DNA of 64,000 nt, taken from positions 512-64,511 of the forward strand of contig JAUSIS010000009.1 in NCBI GenBank assembly GCA_030647355.1, in the 5' to 3' direction. The translations under genes and the position numbers were made by a program. Of the stretch, positions 57,473 through 64,000 are shown piece after piece. Origin of the DNA: a bacterium. Lineage in GTDB: Bacteria > Patescibacteriota > UBA1384 > VFKW01. Every line of letters starts with the position of its first letter. The stretch's first letter is position 1. Under the pieces are notes generated by a model, which was given only the letters and a program-made list of their open reading frames with translations, was not told where the DNA came from and made no database searches.

Positions 57473-58747
57473 TTAAGATCTTATTATCAGGGAAGCGGCT
57501 TGTTCGGCTAATTCAATGGCTTTTTCAATACCTCGATCGTCCGGATAAATATGGGCAATTGAAATGTTATAGACATTTTTCAGTGGGGTTTCAATCTGGG
57601 GTAGATGAGTATAATATTGTTTATCAGCCACGTGCTGGGTAAATTGAGAGCTGAACAAATGGGAAGATTTTATCCAATTCGGTGAAAAATTTTTATTTAT
57701 TTTTTTTAATAATGGTATAGCGGTGTTCAGTATCTCTTCTTTGTTTTTAGGGTAAGGACCGTTTCCCGGCGGACAGTATTGGCTCAAATAAACCAAATGC
57801 TGGCCATTATAATCATCAACAGAGCGGAAATTGGTATGTTCGACTAAGGCAATAAATTTGGATTTAGGATCGTTAATATTTATCCAATAATATTGTGTAA
57901 GAGGATGTTTTAAGGCCAGAATCAGGCATTGGGCTTTGATATAACGAATAGAAAGTTGTTGTTTAACAAAATCAGGCGATAAGACCTTGCTGGCAATTTT
58001 TTTGAATACCGGAAGGGGGGTTGCAAAAAGTACATGAGTGAAGATATGGTTTTTTCCTCCTGCTTTTAGAATAATACATTGGTCTTTGATTGCCATGTCG
58101 TCAACAGCGGATCCTCTGATTCTGACGCCATTCTCTGATAATTTCTCGGCGAGCCGATCGATCAAACATTGGAAGCTACCATTTAAGTACCCAAGTTTTT
58201 TGGATCGCTGTGTTATTCTAGCCCACAGCCATGGCATCATAACAGTATCCGTATAAGAACCAAACTTTTTTTCAACCAATGGTTGCCATATTATTTTATA
58301 GGCATGATTACCTAAATATTCTGGTAGAAATTTTGTGATTGGATATTTGATCAGCTTTTGCCATTTCTGGTGTTTCAAGCGAATTGTATTAATACCAAGG
58401 CGGATTTTTTGTTTGAAGTCGAGGGGCGGAAAATTAAAAAAATTAATAATTGTCGAGAAGGGGATGGTTTTTCTACCTGTAAAGAGACCAATTTTTGTAT
58501 TGGTAAATTGAACTTTTTCTTTTAAGCCTAATTCGCTTAACAGGGAGAGTGTGTTTTTGTTGTGGGGAAAAATATGATGGTAGAATTTCTCCAGACGGTT
58601 AGCGCCAATTGGAAATGTGGAAAGGAGACCACCCAATTCTTTGGGTTCAAATAGATTTACTTTAAAACCCTCTTGAGAGAGGCGATAGGCAGCAACGAGT
58701 CCGGAGATTCCCCCGCCTACAACAGCTATACTAACTTTATTTTTCAT
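57473..58747 (-). CDS. FAD/NAD(P)-binding oxidoreductase (amine-oxidase/UDP-galactopyranose-mutase-like)
   Basis: IAVVGGGISGLVAAYRL dinucleotide fold, GGLL and HHIFPHN motifs. Confidence 0.55.
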   Translation of the reverse strand: MKNKVSIAVVGGGISGLVAAYRLSQEGFKVNLFEPKELGGLLSTFPIGANRLEKFYHHIFPHNKNTLSLLSELGLKEKVQFTNTKIGLFTGRKTIPFSTIINFFNFPPLDFKQKIRLGINTIRLKHQKWQKLIKYPITKFLPEYLGNHAYKIIWQPLVEKKFGSYTDTVMMPWLWARITQRSKKLGYLNGSFQCLIDRLAEKLSENGVRIRGSAVDDMAIKDQCIILKAGGKNHIFTHVLFATPLPVFKKIASKVLSPDFVKQQLSIRYIKAQCLILALKHPLTQYYWININDPKSKFIALVEHTNFRSVDDYNGQHLVYLSQYCPPGNGPYPKNKEEILNTAIPLLKKINKNFSPNWIKSSHLFSSQFTQHVADKQYYTHLPQIETPLKNVYNISIAHIYPDDRGIEKAIELAEQAASLIIRS

Positions 58748-58865
58748 ACATGAATTATAACAAATTAACTCAAAAGACAGGCATCAGCGAAAACCCGGCT
58801 GTTTATTATTCTATCTTTGTTGGGTTGTTGTGTTATAATTTATTCAGATAGTATGGAGGGGTTCT

Positions 58866-60950
58866 ATGGATCTAGAAAAATTATTCTATCCAAAAAGTAT
58901 CGCAGTTATCGGAGCGTCAAACCAGGCGGGATCGGTTGGTAATGATTTGGTGAATAATTTAATGAAGGGTTTTGGGGGGACACTCTATTTTGTTAATTTG
59001 AAGGGTAAAGAGATCAATGGTATCAAAAGTTATCCGAAGGTTTCAAATATATACCACTCTGTAGATTTGGCGGTTATTGCAGTACCATCAATCGCGGTGT
59101 CTGAGGTTTTAGAAGAAGTTGGACAGAAAGACATAGGCGCGGCAGTAATAATCTCTGCCGGGTTCAAGGAAGCCGGCAGAGCGGATCTGGAAAAAAATAT
59201 CATCACAATATGCAAGAAATATAATATCGCCCTTATCGGTCCAAACTGTTTAGGAATAATTAATCCAGAAATCAAGATGAACGCCTCATTTGCCGCTTCG
59301 ATGCCGGCAGAAGGGGCGGTGGCGTTTGTTTCCCAAAGCGGAGCCCTTTGCACTGCAGTAATTGATTATGCTAAATTCTACGGGGTGGGATTTTCTAAAT
59401 TTGTCAGTATTGGAAATAAAGCGGTTGTGGATGATATTGACCTACTTGAGTACCTTTTTAAGGATGAGAAAACAAAAGTGATAGCGATGTACATAGAGAG
59501 TCTGAATCATCCGCAGGAATTTATTCAGCTGATAAATAACGCACAACGTGGCAATCCTAAGCCGGTAATCGTCATTAAGTCCGGGCGGACGTCTGCCGGA
59601 GCTTCGGCAACTCTATCGCACACAGGAGCCTTAGCGGGAAGTGACAGCGCTTATGATGCTCTATTCCGTCAAGCAGGCGTCATAAGAGCTCAAAGTGTAG
59701 AGGATTTATTTGATTTAGTAAGGGTGTTCACTGATAATGAATTGGCGGTTTGTGATGGTGTGGCAGTTATTACAAATGCCGGAGGACCCGGTGTATTGTC
59801 AACGGATGAAATAATCGCTAACGGATTACAAATGGCAAAATTAAATCCGGGGACTTTGGAAAGATTAAAATCAATTCTGCCGGCGGCAGCTAATATTCAT
59901 AATCCAATCGACATTCTTGGAGATGCTAAGGCAATACGCTATGGAACTGTACTGAAGGTTATTTCTCAAGATGAGAATGTGAAGAGCATTGTAGTAATTC
60001 TGACACCGCAGTCCATGACAGAAATAAAGGAAACAGCGCAAGTAATTGCTCAGACAAAAAGAGCAACAAAGAAACCAATTGTTGTGACGTTTATGGGAGA
60101 AGCGACAGTGGAGGCGGGTGTTAAACTTCTACAAAGAGAGAATGTAGCGGCAGTAAATTTTCCCGAGCAAGCGGCGAAAGTTTTGGCAACAATGAACAGA
60201 TATGCTGTTTCTTGTAAGAATCCAGATGGCAGTGAATTTAAATTTAACAATATTGATAAAGCAGGGGCGCAAAAGATTATCAGCTCTGTCGGGCGCAAGG
60301 TACTGCCGGAGGCAGAGGCATTATCGGTTTTGGATAAGTATGGTTTTGTAACTCTGAAGCGGCAGGTGGTGAAAACAGCAAAGGAAGCAAAGGCAGCAGC
60401 AAAAAAGATCGGGACTAATCTGGCGATGAAGATTGTTTCCGAGGATATTCCCCACAAAAGTGATTCGGGCGGAGTACGTTTGGATATAGCACCGGAGAAA
60501 GCGGGCGAAAAGTTTACTGAGATAATTAAAACTATCAGGAAGAATGTGCCTTCGGCAAAAATTGACGGGGTTTTACTGATGGAAATGGCGCCTAAAGTTG
60601 GTTTTGAATTTATTTTGGGCTCAAGTAGAGATCCGGCTTTGGGCAATTTAATGATGGTTGGTTTGGGCGGGATTTTAGTTGAAGTTTTGAGAGATGTCAC
60701 ATTCGCCCTGCCGCCAATAGATAAAGCAGATGCAAAAAGCATGCTTGAGCTCATTAAAGCAAATAAGATTTTCGGCGGAGTTAGGGGTATGCCGCCACTG
60801 GACAGTAGCGCTTTGGTTGATTGCTTGGGCAGACTTTCTCAATTGTTAATTGATTTTCCGCAAATAAAAGAGATGGATATCAATCCCCTACTGGTACTAC
60901 CTAAGGGACAAGGGGTATTGGCGTTGGATGGACGAATGGTGCTCGAATAA
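58866..60950 (+). CDS. acetate--CoA ligase (ADP-forming), fused alpha-beta (NDP-forming acyl-CoA synthetase)
   Basis: CoA-binding SIAVIGAS, phosphohistidine loop SHTGALAG, C-terminal ATP-grasp; 694 aa. Confidence 0.8.
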   Translation: MDLEKLFYPKSIAVIGASNQAGSVGNDLVNNLMKGFGGTLYFVNLKGKEINGIKSYPKVSNIYHSVDLAVIAVPSIAVSEVLEEVGQKDIGAAVIISAGFKEAGRADLEKNIITICKKYNIALIGPNCLGIINPEIKMNASFAASMPAEGAVAFVSQSGALCTAVIDYAKFYGVGFSKFVSIGNKAVVDDIDLLEYLFKDEKTKVIAMYIESLNHPQEFIQLINNAQRGNPKPVIVIKSGRTSAGASATLSHTGALAGSDSAYDALFRQAGVIRAQSVEDLFDLVRVFTDNELAVCDGVAVITNAGGPGVLSTDEIIANGLQMAKLNPGTLERLKSILPAAANIHNPIDILGDAKAIRYGTVLKVISQDENVKSIVVILTPQSMTEIKETAQVIAQTKRATKKPIVVTFMGEATVEAGVKLLQRENVAAVNFPEQAAKVLATMNRYAVSCKNPDGSEFKFNNIDKAGAQKIISSVGRKVLPEAEALSVLDKYGFVTLKRQVVKTAKEAKAAAKKIGTNLAMKIVSEDIPHKSDSGGVRLDIAPEKAGEKFTEIIKTIRKNVPSAKIDGVLLMEMAPKVGFEFILGSSRDPALGNLMMVGLGGILVEVLRDVTFALPPIDKADAKSMLELIKANKIFGGVRGMPPLDSSALVDCLGRLSQLLIDFPQIKEMDINPLLVLPKGQGVLALDGRMVLE

Positions 60951-60965
60951 AATTATTTTAGATTT

Positions 60966-61406
60966 TTAGTTTGTAAAATTATCGCCACGATAATAGTATT
61001 TGCCATTAAAAGTTATCGGCAGGGGCACGGGCGTCCTTTCGTTCGATAAATTGACACGAAAAGCCATAATATGCAAATGCGGTCCATCGGTGAAGCCGCT
61101 ATCACCTATCAGGCCCACCTTCTGACCGACTGTAATTTGATCGCCAACTTTTACCAATACAGAGTTCGATTTGAAATGAACAAGTGAAATACTGAATCCA
61201 TTACAGCCAATCACTACATAATTAGCTTCACTCGATTTACCTTTTATTCCAATCGGCATATCTGGAAAGCTTTGCTCTGTCTTTTTCACAATACCAGAAC
61301 AAGGACTATAAATAGGTGTCCCATAGGTGTCATTAGACTCCAGTTTGGTGTTGCGAAACTGAAACCGATTTTCGATGAATGATTCATGTTCGCTTCCTTT
61401 TGTATA
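60966..61406 (-). pseudogene. M23/LytM peptidase domain fragment lacking start codon and first HxxxD motif
   Basis: Frame open from stop at 61407-61409 without ATG/GTG/TTG until GTG 61289; contains GTPIYSPCSGIV, VHF and GPHLHIMAF (HxH) but no HxGxD. Confidence 0.4.
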
Positions 61407-61605
61407 TTATGGAATTTATTACTGAGCCGATTGCCCAACCAAAAATTCCCCCTACAATTGTCATTATGGCTGTAATATATGGATAGGATGGTGGTGGGCA
61501 GCTGTCTGGTCCGCCACAGATTGACGCAGTTGAAAGATAATAGTAAGTAAAATATGCTCCGAGTATGGTTGTAATGATTAGAATTATTATCTTTATTGTT
61601 TTCAT
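61384..61605 (-). CDS. small two-TM membrane protein with CGGPDSCPPP loop
   Basis: 73 aa; two hydrophobic helices flank a Cys/Pro-rich loop. Confidence 0.35.
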   Translation of the reverse strand: MKTIKIIILIITTILGAYFTYYYLSTASICGGPDSCPPPSYPYITAIMTIVGGIFGWAIGSVINSIIYKRKRT

Positions 61606-61833
61606 TGTCTCCCTTTCCTTGAATTATAATTTCTGTTTTTTATTCCTCTATTGCTACTACTAGAAACGGCCGGTCTGTTCCCGAGAGATGTGGTGAGCTG
61701 ACCATAGGGGGCGGATTGTAGTTATTTGATGATTTATTAGCCCCTGATTGCGGATACATAATTTGTTTCATTATTAACGAAAGCTCGTCTTCAGGTAAGG
61801 CCATACCTTCCTTCCTTTATTCTAATATTGGAT

Positions 61834-62331
61834 TTATTTTCCTCCGGTAGTGATTAATAGGAGCGTTAAGGCGCTACCGAGAAGACCAAGATCGCGGACA
61901 AACATAGATGAGGCTTTCCAGAAAACAATTAAAATCAAAGCCAGTAGAGCGGTGGCAATAAGAGAAGCTAGGTCTAAGTAGAAACCGGTAAGCAAGGCGA
62001 TGGATAGCAATATCTCTACTATGCCCTGCAGGCGGCCGAATGTTTGAAGATTGAAATCATGTTTGATGCCAAGCTTTTCCAAAAATACATCGCCGATATT
62101 GTCGAATCCTTCAGGGTGGGCTAAATTATCGATACCGAACCACATAAAAACGAAAGCAAGACTGATTTTTAATGGAAGGAGGGACCAATGGGTAATAAGT
62201 AATCCGATATTAGAGTCAGGATTGGTGAATAATCGGTGGGTTGGTAAAGAGGCAAAAAATTCCGGGAAGATGAATTGTAGAAGGAAGATAATCCCAATAA
62301 TAATGGTTATTGCCAAGTTTCGATTCCGCAT
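61834..62331 (-). CDS. DoxX-like membrane protein
   Basis: 4 TM helices, small size, adjacent to clearer DoxX paralog. Confidence 0.5.
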   Translation of the reverse strand: MRNRNLAITIIIGIIFLLQFIFPEFFASLPTHRLFTNPDSNIGLLITHWSLLPLKISLAFVFMWFGIDNLAHPEGFDNIGDVFLEKLGIKHDFNLQTFGRLQGIVEILLSIALLTGFYLDLASLIATALLALILIVFWKASSMFVRDLGLLGSALTLLLITTGGK

Positions 62332-62351
62332 AGATGCTCCCTACCGATAGG

Positions 62352-62840
62352 TTATTGTAAAAATGGATGTTTTTTGACTAAACCGGTTGTTGACCACCAA
62401 CGGCCAAAGCCAAGATATTGTCCAGCATTTGCTGAAGCAAGACCAATAAGAATGAGTATATAGATAATGTGCTCGTCTAGAAAAGGATTGTTTGCGGGCG
62501 GCAAAGCGGCTGACCACATAAGTAATAATAAAACAGTACCAACATAACTAGCAATTTTGATACCAATGCCAAGAATCAAAGCAAGACCGAGGGCTAAAAG
62601 TCCGAGCATGAATAGCCAATCAACTACCGAGTTGCCAGCAATTCCCTGATAAAATGAGGCGAACGGTCCATGAGTACCGAACTTGAGAAATCCCAGGGTT
62701 GGAGAACCGCCGGAGAGCCAGGATTTTGCCGATGTAGTGGCAAATCCCAATCCCCATAGCTTGTCAATAAATGCCCAAAGAAAAACCCATCCTAGACTTA
62801 GTCTTAGTAAACCGCACACAGATTCAATTTTTTTAGACAT
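62352..62840 (-). CDS. DoxX family membrane protein
   Basis: LLRLSLGWVFLWAFIDKLWG N-terminal DoxX motif, 4 TM. Confidence 0.6.
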   Translation of the reverse strand: MSKKIESVCGLLRLSLGWVFLWAFIDKLWGLGFATTSAKSWLSGGSPTLGFLKFGTHGPFASFYQGIAGNSVVDWLFMLGLLALGLALILGIGIKIASYVGTVLLLLMWSAALPPANNPFLDEHIIYILILIGLASANAGQYLGFGRWWSTTGLVKKHPFLQ

Positions 62841-62905
62841 GATGTCTCCTTATTATTATGCTACCAACTAATGATTTATTATGCAAATTAATATTGGGAT
62901 TATCT

Positions 62906-63187
62906 TCAAATCTCTCGCGTCTTTTGCAAATTGAATTTAATAAAAAGAAGACTGCTGGTGCAGTCTTTGTTATTGGTCAGTAGAGCGATTTGTCGGGCTT
63001 GTAGATGTGGTGACAGCTCACGCACCGAAAGATGGTCGTGAGTAAATTTGTTCTCCTTGCCAGCGACTATCTTGTGCCAGTGGAGACTATTGCAGCTCGG
63101 ACATTCGCGCTTGATGCGGAACAGTTCCAGCGAAGCCACGAGAACCGGTTGCTTCTCGTCAGGTATGATCCTTGCCGCGACCCGCAT
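62906..63187 (-). CDS. doubtful small ORF (CPSC motif), reads through a terminator hairpin
   Basis: 93 aa; weak SD; hairpin AAGACTGC tggt GCAGTCTT + T-run lies inside its 3' end. Confidence 0.2.
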   Translation of the reverse strand: MRVAARIIPDEKQPVLVASLELFRIKRECPSCNSLHWHKIVAGKENKFTHDHLSVRELSPHLQARQIALLTNNKDCTSSLLFIKFNLQKTREI

Positions 63188-63298
63188 CTTCTGGTATTCG
63201 TAGAAGTCTTCTTCTCGGAAGGGCGAGGAGGTAAGAAAAGCGGTGGTGAGTGATTGAGGCGAGGTGGGTATTTTGGCGGTTGATTGGGCTGCGGGGGC

Positions 63299-63327
63299 TT
63301 GATTATTCTGTGTTTTAGTGGTACAAT
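63299..63327 (+). promoter_or_regulatory. candidate promoter for L,D-transpeptidase gene
   Basis: TTGATT-17 nt-TACAAT. Confidence 0.5.
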
Positions 63328-63382
63328 TTTTTCATTGTTTTGTTATCAGCGAATATCGGTGAGTAAAATAAGGGGGGACAGA

Positions 63383-64000
63383 TTGAGGCTATTGATTGTA
63401 TTGGTATGCGGGATTCTTCTGATGAGCAGGGTGTGTTGGGCAGCGGATATTCCAACCGACCTTCCTTCTACTGACAGTACTCAAGACGAGGTAGTATCGC
63501 CTCCGGCGACAGAATCGCCGCAGAATGAAGCGCGGGGACAGGTAGGAAACGGCTTCATTTTGTTGCCGAAAGAGTGTCCGTTTGACTACCTCGAGCAGAC
63601 TGACTGGGACGAGTTTCTGAACTTTGTCGATCATGGTGGGAAATGGGTATTTGCCAACTTCTACCATGATAAAAACGCGAAGCAATTCTACATCGCGTTT
63701 GAGGGCGACGTTGGGTTCATGAGCGGTTTGGTGAGCGGAGCGCAGCCAGTTAAGGGCGGGGAGATTGATTGTTTGCCGGGTAAACCTAGTCCGAAGGCGT
63801 ATCACAATCACCTGGGGCTATTTACCGTCTCTTCTAAGGAGCAAATGCACTACTCCACTCTTTACGACTGCAATATGCCCTTCTCGCTCTTCTACAACGA
63901 GGGTCAGGCATTCCACGCGACCAGTCGGCAGAATATTCGATTTCTCGGACAGCCGGCGTCTCACGGCTGTACGCGGCTCAATCCTAAAGAGGCGCCCAAG
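63383..64000 (+). CDS. L,D-transpeptidase (YkuD-like), partial at window end; absent from ORF track
   Basis: TTG start after GGGGGG SD; signal peptide LRLLIVLVCGILLMSRVCWA; catalytic motif FHATS...GQPASHGCTRL near window end. Confidence 0.65.
   Translation, partial: MRLLIVLVCGILLMSRVCWAADIPTDLPSTDSTQDEVVSPPATESPQNEARGQVGNGFILLPKECPFDYLEQTDWDEFLNFVDHGGKWVFANFYHDKNAKQFYIAFEGDVGFMSGLVSGAQPVKGGEIDCLPGKPSPKAYHNHLGLFTVSSKEQMHYSTLYDCNMPFSLFYNEGQAFHATSRQNIRFLGQPASHGCTRLNPKEAPK

Noticed and set aside
59030-60754. Antisense ORFs (59030-59353, 60050-60754) within the ADP-forming acetyl-CoA synthetase gene
   Set aside because: Low-complexity Ser/Ala/Ile-rich sequences on the antisense strand of a strongly conserved gene.
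63032-63253. 73-aa plus-strand ORF antisense to 62906-63187
   Set aside because: No SD or promoter and no recognizable motif. Neither strand is convincing; the region may instead be a UTR or small RNA bounded by the 62944-62967 hairpin.
63389-63811. 140-aa minus-strand ORF at the window end
   Set aside because: Arg-rich junk composition. The plus strand here encodes a signal peptide and the YkuD catalytic motif of an L,D-transpeptidase.

Overview
This 64-kb window comes from a low-GC bacterial chromosome, about 35-40% GC in housekeeping genes. Gene content suggests a small or reduced genome: short-form ThrRS, ADP-forming acetyl-CoA synthetase, KorAB 2-oxoacid:ferredoxin oxidoreductase, and SmpB plus tmRNA.

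Recognisable housekeeping genes include eno, thrS, glyA, folD and a tmk-thyA-folA block with a convergent dCMP deaminase. Also present are hisI, tyrA, a purS-purL fusion with purQ, a PurN-like gene, fabI, csaA and a tRNA-Val.

Composition is mosaic at single-gene scale. Blocks at 55-58% GC (gpsA-like/plsY fusion, purSLQ, PRTase/OMPDC-like pair, tyrA, purN-like, fabI) alternate with about 36% GC core genes. Two genes are extremely AT-rich at about 28-30% GC: a 437-aa orphan with a C-terminal HEPN-like Rx4H motif, and an APH/choline-kinase-like phosphotransferase.

The most notable items are:
- an ssrA (tmRNA) gene on the minus strand at 37344-37724. Its 3' end and terminator are duplicated as a 66-bp direct repeat that brackets a 1.6-kb two-gene cassette (DUF4352 + GNAT). 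This resembles a tmRNA-targeted integration remnant.
- a PlsY glycerol-3-phosphate acyltransferase fused to a C-terminal acyl-ACP-reductase (AAR)-like dehydrogenase domain, translationally coupled to a GpsA-like gene. This may be a PlsX-independent way to feed PlsY.
- an in-frame XRE-HTH plus Hsp20 (alpha-crystallin) fusion with an internal Shine-Dalgarno and start, and a perfect palindromic operator overlapping its promoter.
- a dispersed envelope glycosylation gene set: DPM1-like GT2, flippase-like/DUF2079 membrane protein, DE-motif GT-C, membrane-anchored Ig-like protein with a C39-like peptidase domain, AT3-family membrane protein and FAD oxidoreductase.
- an OMPDC-like gene next to an internally duplicated PRTase whose N-terminal copy lacks the PRPP loop.

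No CRISPR array, integrase or transposase was found. All similarity calls are from motif recognition by eye and need HMM or BLAST confirmation.
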